Origin: Anaeramoeba ignava BMAN
Taxonomy: Eukaryota; Protista; Anaeramoebae
Direction of reading: 5' to 3'
Assembly (NCBI GenBank): GCA_028826165.1
Contig: JAPDFW010000063.1
Span: 992,001 to 1,056,000, forward strand
DNA: 64,000 bases
A program made the translations under genes and the position numbers. Under the pieces are notes generated by a model that saw nothing but the letters and a program-made list of their open reading frames with translations, had not been told where the DNA came from and made no database searches. This document shows positions 36,293 through 51,359 of this stretch, in pieces (the stretch's first letter is position 1; every line of letters starts with the position of its first letter).

Positions 36293-39200
36293 ATGGAAAA
36301 ACAAAGTGGAAAGATGCGCTTGACATCCTTTACTGAAGTAAAAAACAAAACAATAACAAAACAATAACAAAACAATAACAAAACAAAAACAAATCAATAA
36401 CAAATCAATAACAAAACAATAAAAAATCAATAACAAATCAATAACAAAATAAAACAATAACAATACAAAAATAAATCAAAAACAAATCAATAATAAATCA
36501 ATAATAAAACAATATTCCTAAAACTCACACTTCAAATTTTATCACTTAATTCCAAATCAGATAAAAAAAATTTTTTTTTCTTTTGTTGTTTTTTTCAATC
36601 ACAACCTAAAATCAATTTATAATTATATTTACAATTAGATTTATAATTAAATTTATAATTAAATTTATAATTATATTTACAATTATATTTACAATTAGAT
36701 TTATAATTATATTTACAATTAAATTTATAATTAAATTTATAATTAAATTTATAATTAAATTTATAATTAAATCTATAATTAAATTTATAATTAAATTTAT
36801 AATTAAATCTATAATTAAATTTATAATTAAATTTATAATTATATTTATAATCAAATTTATAATTAAATTTATAACAAAATTTATAATTATATTTATAATT
36901 AAATTTATAATTATATTTACAATTATATTTATAATTATATTTACAATTATATTTATAATTAATCATTTTCATTCCTTTTCATTATCTCTATAAAATTAAA
37001 GATGAAAGGATGATCTTGCAAACTTCCACAAGATCGATTATTATCATATCTCGAAAATATCAAAACTCAAGGGGAAGATTCGAAGAAATCAGTTGATCCA
37101 ACAATGGATTGTTGTGTGGTTCCCCTTCAAATTCCAGGGTATTCATTAGTTCAAACAACAGATTTTTTCTTCCCATCAGTCAACGACTGCTATGTTCAAG
37201 GAAGAATAGCTGCTTGTAATGTTCTTTCAGATCTTTATGCAATGGGACTTACTCGTTGTGATAATATGCTTATGCTTTTGGGTGTTTGTACAGAAATGGA
37301 AGAAGAAGACCAAGATTATTCATCTCAGGAAATTATTCGTGGTTTTAATGGTATTTCCAACAATTTAATTTTGATTTAATTTTGGATTTAATTTTGATTT
37401 AATTTTAATTTAATTTTAATTTAATTTTAATTTAATTTTGGATTTAATTTTGATTTTGATTTAATTTTGATTTAATTTTGATTTAATTTTGATTTAATTT
37501 TAATTTAATTTTGATTTAATTTTGATTTAATTTTGATTTTAATTTTAATTTGATTTTAATTTTAATTATAATTTTAATTTTGATTTGATTTAATTTTGAT
37601 TTGATTTAAATTTTATTTTGATTTAATTTTGATTTAATTTTAATTTTGGATTTAATTTTGATTTTGATTTAATTTTGATTTAATTTTGATTTATTTTAAT
37701 TTTGATTTAATTTTGATTTAATTTTGATTTTGATTTAATTTTGATTTAATTTTAATTTTGGATTTAATTTTGATTTTGATTTAATTTTGATTTGATTTTG
37801 ATTTTGATTTAATTTTGAATTATTGGATTTAGATACTGCTAACGAAGCTGGAACACAAGTTCGTGGTGGTCAAACAACTTATAATCCTTGGCCTTTAATT
37901 GGAGGAGTTGCAACTGTAATATGTAAAGATGATGAAATTATACTTCCAGAAAATGCTCAACCAGGTGATAAAATCATCTTAACAAAACCACTTGGAACAC
38001 AAGTAAATTTAAAATTAAAATTAAAATTAAAATTAATTTTAAAATTAAAAATTAAAATTAAAATTAAAATTATAATTAAAAATCAAAATTATAATTAAAA
38101 TTATAATTAAAAATCAAAATTATAATTAAAATTATAATTAAAATTAAAATTATATAAAATTAAAAGATTACTAGCAGCATTCCAGATTTTCTCCGAGATA
38201 AAACAATGTGGTCTATTTTTGCCGAATTGTTAAAAGAAGAAGAAGCAGAAAAAGCAGCCAAAACAGGAGTTAAATCAATGAGCACCTTAAACAAAACAGC
38301 AGCAGAACTAATGAAAAAATATCACGCAACTTCAGCAACAGATGTTACAGGATTTGGATTTCTTGGGCATTCAAAAAATTTACTTGAAAACCAAAAAAAA
38401 GATGTTTCATTTGTAATGCACACACTTCCATGCATCAAATATACAAAGATCTTCGATGAAATGATGTTCTACGGTTTACAAGAAGGAACTGCAAAGGAAA
38501 CCTCTGGTGGATTACTTTTCACTTTACCAGCTGAAAATGCCCAAGCTTATATTGATGATTTCTTCAAAATTGAAGGTTATAAACCTTGGATTGTTGGTGA
38601 TGTTGTTGAAGGTAATTAATTTAATTTAATTTAATTTAATTTAATTTAATTTAATTTAATTTAATTTAATTTAATTTAATTTGATTTGATTTAATTTAAT
38701 TTGATTTGATTTAATTTGATTTAATTTAATTTAATTTAATTTGATTTGATTTGATTTAATTTAATTTAATTTAATTTAATTTAATTTAATTTAATTTAAT
38801 TTAATTTAATTTAATTTAATTTAATTTGATTTAATTTAATTTAATTTGATTTGATTTAATTTGATTTAATTTGATTTAATTTAATTTGATTTGATTTAAT
38901 TTAATTTGATTTGATTTGATAAATGATGATTTTTGTTAATGATGATTTTTTCTATCAAATTCTGAATCACTGGCAATTTGTTGAGAAAATAAAACTGAAA
39001 CATTTATCTTCATTCAATTTGATTTAATTTTATAAATATTTAATTTAATTTAATAAATATTTAATTTAATTTAATTTAATTTGATTTAATTTCATTTAAT
39101 TTAATTTAATTTAATTTAATTTAATTTGATTTAATTTGATTTAATTTAATTTGATTTAATTTAATAAATATTTAATTTGATTTAATTTAATTTAATTTAA

Positions 39201-39420
39201 TTTAATAAATATTTAATTTAATTTAATTTAATTTAATTTAATTTAATTTAATTTGATTTAATTTAATTTAATTTAATTTAATTTGATTTAATTTAATTTG
39301 ATTTGATTTGATTTAATTTAATTTAATTTAATAATTATTTTTTGATTTAATTTTATTTATATAGGAAAAAAAGAAGTTGTGATGGAAAACCTGAAAATTG
39401 AAGAGGTTTTATTTGATTAA
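36293..39420 (+). CDS. SEPHS2: Selenophosphate synthetase (SPS2/SelD) selenoprotein with in-frame TGA at 37011-37013; exons 36293-36337, 37002-37350, 37833-38002, 38167-38611, 39365-39420
   Basis: Spliced: [29 protein letters not shown]...QTTDFFFP...[16 protein letters not shown]...[16 protein letters not shown]...ILTKPLGTQ...[12 protein letters not shown]...ETSGGLL...[11 protein letters not shown]. All introns are GT-AG and keep the frame. Confidence 0.93.
38918..39008 (+). ncRNA. Candidate intronic box C/D snoRNA in the last intron of SPS2
   Basis: Non-repetitive island in a (TTTAA)n intron. Box C ATGATGA at 38939-38945 (another at 38923), D' CTGA at 38962-38965, D CTGA at 38995-38998, closing GTT/AAC pairing and outer GATAAATG/CATTTATC complementarity. 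Confidence 0.55.
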
Positions 39421-39563
39421 ACCAATTTTAATTTTAATTTTAATTTTAATTTAAATTTAAATTTTGATTTTAATTTTGATATTAACTTGATATGATATTC
39501 TCGCTCTTGTGGTTTATTAATCACAATTCAAACAATTTTTTTTAGCTCATTTACTTTTATTTT

Positions 39564-39634
39564 TTGTATTCTTACAATGAAGTTATTATTCTAAAATCAT
39601 TTTTATGATCAATAATAGCTGAAACAAGAAACAA
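39564..39634 (+). promoter_or_regulatory. SECIS element (form 2) in the SPS2 3' UTR
   Basis: Helix I TTCTT/AAGAA; ATGA core at 39577-39580; helix II GTTATTATT/AATAATAGC; unpaired AAA 11 nt from the core; apical mini-stem ATCAT-TTTT-ATGAT; TGAA at 39620-39623. Confidence 0.9.
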
Positions 39635-39849
39635 GATTTAAAAGTAAATTTGAGCAATCTTTTTTTTTTCAATCTTTTTAAAAGGAAAATTCATTAAAAA
39701 AACTCTAAAAAATTTAATCAATTTTTCTTTTTAAAATTTTTCATTTAAACTTTTTCCGATTTTGAAAAAAAAAAATATCCAAAAAAAAATTTGATTGAAT
39801 TCAAATTGAAAAAGAAAAAGGAAAAAAGAAAGGAAAAAAGGAAAAAAAA

Positions 39850-42601
<2,752 letters not shown>

Positions 42602-42937
42602 TTTAAAAAAATGAAAAAGGAAAAAAAATGAAAAAATGAAAAAGGAAAAAAAAAAAAAGAAAAATGAAAAATGTTTTTTTTTTGGTTTGAATTGCTTTTT
42701 ATTTTTGATTTCATTGAAATTAAAAATAAAAAGAATGAAATTGTTTTATTCACTTATCATCAACTATTTTCCAAAAAAAGTCAAAAATTGAGGAAAGTGA
42801 ATAAAAGAAGAATTGAGTTTCATCATTATGAATTCAATTCAAATTTGTAAAAAGAAAAAGAAAAAGAAAAAGAAAAAGAAAAATCAAGTATTTGAGTTTT
42901 GTTTTGAAAATTTTTGGATTTTCAAATGTTTTTGGAT

Positions 42938-43888
42938 TTAGAGATTGTGACAACCACTTCCATACCAAGCTTGAGTAGCAAGACCACAAGTGTTTTGTCC
43001 ATATTCCATCCAAATATAACCACTAAGTCCCCATGAAGTTCCCCATGAATTTTTGACAATCCAATATGGTGGGTTAGCATCAGTGTTATATCCAACAATA
43101 AGAATAGCATGATCTAATTGTGTTTGTGAGCAATCATCTCCACTATAAACACCACCATTGTAGTTCATAAAACCATCACCAGAAGCATCAACAGCAATTG
43201 AAATTGGTCCTTTAGATTGGATTTCATTCATCATTTGAGTTTCACTTGAATATTGAGCATGCGAATTCAAAGTTGTAACTGAATTGCAAGATGATGATTG
43301 GCAAGATTGATCATAAGCAACATAAGGATAATCTTGTTCTGAACAAAGTCCACCATTTTGAGTAACCCATTCCATAGCTTGATATGGCCAACCTCCACTA
43401 CATCCATAACCACCATTATCACAATCAACAATTTCTTGTTCGGAAAGTGAGATTAATGAACCTCCATCAGCAACTGTACATCCTTCAATCATTCCTGTTG
43501 TTGAGAATGTCCAACATGATCCACATTGTCCTTGATCTTTAATTGGTGTAACTGCTCCATGATCAACCCAATTAAATTGTCCTCCAACAATTTGAACTTT
43601 TTCTTGTGCTCTTGGTGCAACTTCATATTGAATTGGAGATAAGTACTTTTGTTGATATTCTTTATTGGTTAAATCTGTAAATTGATTGACTCCCATTGTG
43701 TAACTGTGATCACCTGCATTGTGTTCTCGAATTCTCTTTAAGTTTCCTTGGAAAATTTTGAATCTCATTGCTTCTTCATTTGCAGTGTATCTCTTGTTGA
43801 ATTTGTTTTTGAAATGATTGAAAAGCATTCTGTCATTGGTGCAAGATGCAACCAAAACTAAAATTGCAAAAATAACAATGAATTTCAT
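42938..43888 (-). CDS. Cathepsin L-like C1A cysteine protease (copy 6)
   Basis: QGQCGSCWTF, LDHAI, KNSWG. Confidence 0.95.
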   Translation of the reverse strand: MKFIVIFAILVLVASCTNDRMLFNHFKNKFNKRYTANEEAMRFKIFQGNLKRIREHNAGDHSYTMGVNQFTDLTNKEYQQKYLSPIQYEVAPRAQEKVQIVGGQFNWVDHGAVTPIKDQGQCGSCWTFSTTGMIEGCTVADGGSLISLSEQEIVDCDNGGYGCSGGWPYQAMEWVTQNGGLCSEQDYPYVAYDQSCQSSSCNSVTTLNSHAQYSSETQMMNEIQSKGPISIAVDASGDGFMNYNGGVYSGDDCSQTQLDHAILIVGYNTDANPPYWIVKNSWGTSWGLSGYIWMEYGQNTCGLATQAWYGSGCHNL

Positions 43889-44439
43889 TGAATTTTTTTT
43901 AAAAAAGAATTGAAAAAAAAAAAGATTGAAAAAAAAAGAATGAATTTTTTATTTTTATTTTTGGATTTCATTTAAATTATTTTTTTGCCTGCGTTTTAGA
44001 TTTAATTGATCAATTATTTTTCTATTTATTTTTATTCTTTTTATTTAAAAAATTATTTTGAAAGTTTAATTCCATCAAATTTATTAATTAATTCCAAAAT
44101 TGGATAGTTCAGTTTAAATTTAGATCATAAAATTAAGTCATTTTATTTTTTCAATTTAGATAATTAATAAAATTGAAATAAATGTTTTAATAATATATTA
44201 TTTATTATTTAAAATTTTATTTTCCTTATTAATTATTATTGAAGATTTAGTTAATTTTTAATTTTCTTGAAACGTATCAAAAAAAATTTTTTTATTTTTT
44301 CTTTTTTGATCAACAAAAAAATCAAAAAAAAAAAGGAATTTAAATAAAAAATTGATATCTCCAAATTTAAAACCTTTTTATTTTATAACTTTTATTAAAT
44401 TTAACTTACTTATTTTTGTTAAAATAAATTTAAAGAAAG

Positions 44440-46845
44440 TTGGATAAATTAAATCCAATTTTAATTTAAATTTATTTATTATTTTAAATTAATTTATTAA
44501 ATAATAAACAGATAAATTAATTTAAATTAAATAGATCTATTAATTTTAATAGGAATTATTTATTAATTTAATTATAAATTATTTCAATTTAATTAATAAA
44601 TTGAAAATTGGATAAAATATTTTAATTTAAATTTATTTATTATTTTAAAATTAATTTATTAAATAATAAACAGATAAATTAATTTAAATTAAATAGATAT
44701 ATTAATTTTAATATAAATTACTTATTAATTTAATTATAAATTATTTTAATTTTGATTAATAAATTGAAAATCGGATAAAATATTTTGATTTAAATTTATT
44801 TATTATTTTAAATTAAATTATTAAATAATAAACAAATAAATTAATTTAAATTAAATAGATCTATTAATTTTAATATAAATTACTTATTAATTTAATTATA
44901 AATTATTTTAATTTGATTAATAAATTGAAAATTGAATAAAATATTTTGATTTAAATTTATTTATTATTTTAATAGGAATTATTTATTAATAAACAAATAA
45001 ATTAATTTAAATTAAATAGATAATTTTAATAGGAAACTTATTAATTTTAAGGAATTACTTATTTTTGATTTAATTTAATTTTAAATAAAAATTATTTTAA
45101 TTTAATTAATAAATTGAAAATCGGATAAAATATTTTGATTTAAATTTATTTATTATTTTAAATAAAATTATTAATTAATAAACAGATAAATTAATTTAAA
45201 TTAAATATATCTATTAATTTTAATAGGAATTACTTATTAATTTAATTATAAATTATTTTAATTTAATTAATAAATTGAAAATTGGATAAAATATTTTTAA
45301 TTTAAATTTATTTATTATTTTAAATTAATTTATTAATTAATAAATAGATAAATTAATTTAAATTAAATATATCTATTAATTTTAATATAAATTATTTATT
45401 AATTTAATTATAAATTATTTTAATTTTATTAATAAATTGAAAATTGAATAAAATATTTTGATTTAAATTTATTTATTATTTTAAATTAATTTATTTATTA
45501 ATAAACATATAAATTAATTTAAATTAAATATATCTATTAATTTTAATAGGAATTGTTTATTAATTTAATTATAAATTATTTTAATTTTATTAATAAATTT
45601 AAAATTGAATAAAATATTTTAATTTAAATTTATTTATTATTTTAATAGGAATTATTTATTAATAAACAGATAAATTAATTTAAATTAAATATATCTATTA
45701 ATTTTAACAGGAATTATTTATTAATTTAATTATAAATTATTTTAATTTTATTAATAAATTGAAAATTGAATAAAATATTTTAATTTAAATTTATTTATTA
45801 TTTTAAATTAAATTTATTAATGATAAACACATAAATTATTTTAAATTAAATAGATCTATTAATTTTAATAGGAATTGTTTATTAATTTAATTATAAATTA
45901 TTTTAATTTTATTAATAAATTGAAAATTGAATAAAATATTTTAATTTAAATTTATTTATTATTTTAAATTAAATTATTAATTAATAAACAGATAAATTAA
46001 TTTAAAATAAATAGATCTATTAATTTTAATAGGAATTATTTATTAATTTAATTATAAATTATTTTAATTTTATTAATAAATTGAAAATTGGATAAAATAT
46101 TTTAATTTAAATTTATTTATTATTTTAAATAAAATTATTAAATAATAAACAGATAAATTAATTTAAATTAAATATATCTATTAATTTTAATATAAATTAT
46201 TTATTAATTTAATTACAAATTATTTTAATTTTATTAATAAATTGAAAATCGGATAAAATATTTTAATTTAAATTTATTTATTATTTTAAATTAAATTTAT
46301 TTATTAATAAACAAATAAATTAATTTAAATTGAATAAATCTATTAATTTTAATATAAATTATTTATTAATTTAATTATAAATTATTTTAATTTTAATTAA
46401 TAAATTGAAAATCGGATAAAATATTTTGATTTAAATTTATTTATTATTTTAAATTAAATTTATTTATTAATAAACAGATAAATTAATTTTAAATTGAATA
46501 GATCTATTAATTTTAATATAAATTATTTATTAATTTAATTATAAATTATTTCAATTTAATTAATAAATTGAAAATCGGATAAAATATTTTAATTTAAATT
46601 TATTTATTATTTTAAATAAAATTATTAAATAATAAACAGATAAATTAATTTAAATTGAATAGATCTATTAATTTTAATATAAATTATTTATTAATTTAAT
46701 TATAAATTATTTTAATTTAATTAATAAATTGAAAATCGGATAAAATATTTTAATTTAAATTTATTTATTATTTTAAATTAAATTATTAAATGATAAACAG
46801 ATAAATTATTTTAAATTAAATAGATCTATTAATTTATTTATTAAT
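44440..46845. repeat. Satellite C, ~161-163-bp monomer (about 15 copies)
   Basis: The marker GGATAAAA recurs at 44610, 44773 ... 46090, 46251, 46414, 46577, 46738. Confidence 0.9.
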
Positions 46846-48045
46846 ATTTTTGGATAAGTGTTCTTATTCTAAAAAATATTTACTAAAAAATAAATAAAAA
46901 AAGAAATTTTTGTTTAAATTGGATTTGTTTTGTTAATTTATTCTTTAATCATAATTTAATAAGATTTGATTTTTTCTTTCTTCTATTATTCAAATATTTT
47001 ATATAATTTTAAACTAATTTTCTTATATTATCTTGTATTATCTTATTTTTTTTTTGAACAAATTTTTGGAATCATAAAAAAATAAAATAATATTTTTCTT
47101 TTTAATAAATAAAAAATTTCGAAAACACTAAATTAATAAAGCAAAAGAATCTATTCAAAATTTATTTACTGAACAAATTATAAAAAGAGATTTTCTTGAA
47201 CTTTTCAAATAAGAATGCTTCAAATAAATAATCAAATTCAAAATCAAAATCAAATTCAAAATCAAAATCAAAATCAAAATCAAAATCAAAATCAAATTCA
47301 AATTCAAAATCAAAATCAAAATCAAAATCAAAATCAAATTCAAAATTAAAATCAAAATCAAAATCAAAACCAAATTCAAAATCAAAATCAAAATCAAATT
47401 CAAATCCAAAATCAAATTCAAAATCAAAATCAAAATCAAAATCAAAATCAAAATCAAAATCAAAATCAAAATCAAAATCAAAATCAAAAATCAAAATCAA
47501 AATCAAAATCAAAATTCAAAATCAAAAATCAAAATCAAAATCAAAAAAATCAAAATTAAAAATCAAAATCAAAAATCAAAATCAAAATCAAATTCAAAAT
47601 CAACTGTTTTGTTGAAAAATCAAAGGAAAATTTCTTTCCGCTCAAATTCAAAATCCTTTTGAAAGAGGAAATTTTGGGAGGAAAAATCAAAAAAGAATCA
47701 AATTCAAATTCAAATTCAAAATCAAATTCAAAATTAAGATCAAGAAATGAATATTTTCACACTCAATAAAAAAGAACATTACATTATATTTTCTATTAGA
47801 AAGAAATTAGATGAAAAAATAGAAAGAAATGAATACTAGAAGGAATATTTGATAGATTCAAATCTAAAATTGATTCAAGAAAAAGAAGAGAATTACAAAA
47901 GAATTTCTCTCAAAGAAATCTAAATTTGAAAATTTTAGATTATCATCTTAATTTTGAATTGCAGAATAATAATAATATTATTTTATTATTTCTTCTTGAT
48001 AATTTCCCTTTTTTATTAATGAAAGGAATAATTTATGAATTTTAA

Positions 48046-49500
48046 AGCCAGACTCCGGAGTCAAAAAATTAGTCATCCAAAAATGTATATAGAAAAAATT
48101 TTTTATTGATTTTTTTTTATTGATTTTTTTTTTATTGATTTTTTTTTCTTTTGGATTTCCCTCAAATTCCAATCAAAGTCAATTTTGTGTTTTGAAATTA
48201 TCATTTTTTTCTTTTCTCTTAGACTTCATAAGAATTCTTCCAAATTGGTTATCTTTCCTCTCTCTTTCCCTTTTCATTTCCCAAGAAATTGGACTTTGAA
48301 TAAAAGAAAACAAAAGAAAAAGATAATTCGATTCATGAAATTTATTTCCTTTTATTTTCCACAAACTCAATCCTTTTTCATCGCTTATTGTTCTGAATTC
48401 AAAAATTTTTCAAAACAAAATGAGAAAAGAGAAACAAGAAAATTCCAAATATTCAAAATAATCAAAATAACCAAAATAATCAAAATAATCAAAATAATCA
48501 AAATAACCAAAATAATCAAAATAACCAAAATAACCAAAATAATCAAAATAATCAAAATAATCAAAATAATCAAAATAATCAAAATAATCAAAATAATCAA
48601 AATAATCAAAATAATCAAAATAATCAAAATAATCAAAATAATCAAAATAATCAAAATAATCAAAATAATCAAAATAATCAAAATAATCAAAATAATCAAA
48701 ATAACCAAAATAATCAAAATAATCAAAATAATCAAAATAATCAAAATAATCAAAATAACCAAAATAATCAAAATAATCAATCAAAATAATCGAATAAATC
48801 AAAATAACCAAAACAATCAAAATAATCAAAATAATCAAAATAACCAAAATAATCAAAATAACCAAAATAACCAAAATAATCAAAATAATCAAAATAATCA
48901 AAATAATCAAAATAATCAAAATAATCAAAATAACCAAAATAATCAAAATAATCAAAATAATCAAAATAACCAAAATAATCAAAATAATCAAAATAATCAA
49001 AATAATCAAAATTTCAATTTTGAAAATCGGTTTCTCTTCGAAAGAGAGAGAGAATTTTTTCTAATTCATAATTGTTAAATTGATCTTACTTAATTCTCTC
49101 GAGATCCACTGGAGAAAAATACTCTCTTTCTTCTTATTTATCATTCTCTCTCTCGTAATTATATATCTCTCTTCAAAAAAAGTTTCCAAAAAATAAGAAA
49201 AAGAATCTCTTATAACAATGAAGAACTTTTGTATACTGTGAAATGAAATTTAAGAATAGGAAATAATAAGGGAATAAAAAAGAAAGAGGGTTTGCGAAAT
49301 TTAAGTTCTCAATTTTTCAAGTTAGATCAAAAAATTTAAAAGTGGATTTTCCCAAAAAAAAATTTTTTTCTTCTCCTTTTTGATTTATTATTTTAAAGAA
49401 ATTTGTAATTCATTTTTTATTGATTTTCTTTTCATTTTGGATGACTCAAATTTATATTTGCTGAATAATTTTATTCTCGAGGGGTGACCGGAGTCTGCCT
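48046..49500. mobile_element. Non-autonomous DNA transposon, probably Kolobok superfamily, 1,455 bp, TTAA TSD
   Basis: TTAA at 48042-48045 and 49501-49504. TIR AGCCAGACTCCGG versus AGGCAGACTCCGG (reverse complement of the right end), 12/13 match, AG...CT termini. Sub-terminal inverted AGTCATCCAAAA. Empty paralogous sites with a single TTAA at 54773 and 58739. Confidence 0.85.
48455..49010. repeat. 9-bp minisatellite (AAAATAATC/AAAATAACC) inside the transposon
   Basis: Direct inspection. Confidence 0.95.
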
Positions 49501-49875
49501 TTAATTTTAGTTTTTTAAAATTTGTCAAAAATTAATTCAACAAAAATTTAGAATTTTTATGATCCTTTCTTGAAGATAAATTAATATAATGGAATTTTAG
49601 TTTGTATATTATTTTTTTTTGATTATTAATTTGTTCAGATTTTCTTTGTATAAAATTAAAAATAAAAAATAGAAAAATGTTTTTTTTTGGTTTGAATTGC
49701 TTTGCTTTATTCACTTATCATCAACCATTTTCCAAAAAAGTCAAAAATTGAGGAAAGTGAATAAAAAAGGAATTAAGTTTGCTATCATTATGAACTCAAT
49801 TCAAATTTGTAAAAAGGAAACGAAAAAAGAAAAAATCAAGTATTTGAGTTTTTTTGTTTTGAAAAATTTTTGGAT

Positions 49876-50826
49876 TTAGAGATTTTTGCAACCAGTTCCA
49901 TACCAAGCTTGATCAGCAAGACCACAAGTGTTTTTTCCATATTCCAACCAAATATAACCTTGTTGTCCCCATGAAGCTGCCCATGAATTTTTGACAATCC
50001 AGTATGGTGGGTTAGCATCAGTGTTATATCCAACAATAAGAATAGCATGATCTAATCCATCATCAGGGCACTCTGAGGCAGTGACTACACCACTTGTATA
50101 GTACATAAAAGCACTATTTTCAGCATCAACAGCAATTGAGATTGGTCCGTAAGTTTGGATTTTGTTCATCATTTCAGTTTCACTTGAATATTGAGCATGT
50201 GCACTTAAAGTTGAAACTGATTGGCAAGATGATTTTTGGCAAGATTGATCATAAGCTTTATAAGGATAGGCTTGTTCTGAGCAAAGTCCACCATTATCAG
50301 TAACCCATTGCATAGCTTGATATGGCCAACCTCCGTTACATCCATAACCACCATTATCACAATCAACAATTTCTTGTTCGGAAAGTGAGATTAATTTACC
50401 GCCATCAACAACTGTGCATCCTTCAATCAATCCTGTTGTTGAGAATGTCCAGCATGATCCACATTGTCCTTGATCTTTGACTGGTGTAACTGCTCCATGA
50501 TCAACCCAATTAAAGCTTCCTCCAACTGTAACTTTTTCATTTGTTTTTCTTCCTGAACCTTGGATTTTGACTGGGGATAAGTATTTTTGTGCATATTCTT
50601 TGAGGGTCAAATCGGTGAATTGATTGATTCCCATTTTGAAGGTTGAATCACCTGCATTGTGTTCTCGGATTGTCTTTAAGTTTGCTTGGAAAATTTTGAA
50701 TCTAATGGCTTCTTCTTCAACACTGTATTTCTTGTTGAATTTGTTCTTGAAGTTATTGAAAAGCATTCTGTCATTGGCGCATGATGCAACCAAAACTAAA
50801 ATTGCAAAAATAACAATGAATTTCAT
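49876..50826 (-). CDS. Cathepsin L-like C1A cysteine protease (copy 7); true ATG at 50826
   Basis: MKFIVIFAIL start matches the paralogues (316 aa); catalytic C, H and N motifs intact. Confidence 0.95.
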   Translation of the reverse strand: MKFIVIFAILVLVASCANDRMLFNNFKNKFNKKYSVEEEAIRFKIFQANLKTIREHNAGDSTFKMGINQFTDLTLKEYAQKYLSPVKIQGSGRKTNEKVTVGGSFNWVDHGAVTPVKDQGQCGSCWTFSTTGLIEGCTVVDGGKLISLSEQEIVDCDNGGYGCNGGWPYQAMQWVTDNGGLCSEQAYPYKAYDQSCQKSSCQSVSTLSAHAQYSSETEMMNKIQTYGPISIAVDAENSAFMYYTSGVVTASECPDDGLDHAILIVGYNTDANPPYWIVKNSWAASWGQQGYIWLEYGKNTCGLADQAWYGTGCKNL

Positions 50827-51359
50827 TGAATTTTTTTTGAAATGAATCAAAAAGAATGAATTTTTTATTTTTATTTTTGGATTTCATTTAAATTATTTTT
50901 TTGCCTGCATTTAAAATTTGATTATTGATTAAATTGATCTTTTTATTTATTTTTTTTTTATTTATTTTTATTTATTTTTATTTATTTAAAGTCATTTCAT
51001 CAAATTTTTTTTATTAATTAATTTTAAATTTTTTTTATAGTTCAGTTTAAATTTAGATCATAAAATTAAGTCATTTTATTTTTTCAATTTAGAAAATTAA
51101 TAAAATTGAAATAAATGTTTTAATAATATATTATTTATTATTTAAAATTTTATTTTCTTTATTAATTATTAATTATTATTAAATATTTAATTAATTTTTA
51201 ATTTTCTTGAAGTGTATCAGAAAAAATTTTTTTATTTTTTGATCAAAAGAAAAAAAAAAAGAAAAAAAAATTGATACCTTCAAATTTAAAACCTTTTTAT
51301 TTTATAACTTTTATTAAATTTAACTTATTTATTTTTGTTAAAATAAATTAAAAGAAATT

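Noticed and set aside
37011-37013. In-frame TGA as a pseudogene lesion or a UGA=Trp code
   Set aside because: It is at the known Sec position, a SECIS is present, TGG is used for Trp, and TGA terminates other genes in the window.
38918-39008. Intronic hairpin as a second SECIS
   Set aside because: The 3' TGA is offset from the helix by extra A residues and the apical AA spacing does not fit; C/D boxes explain it better.
48046-49500. piggyBac assignment based on the TTAA TSD
   Set aside because: The termini are AG...CT, not CC...GG.
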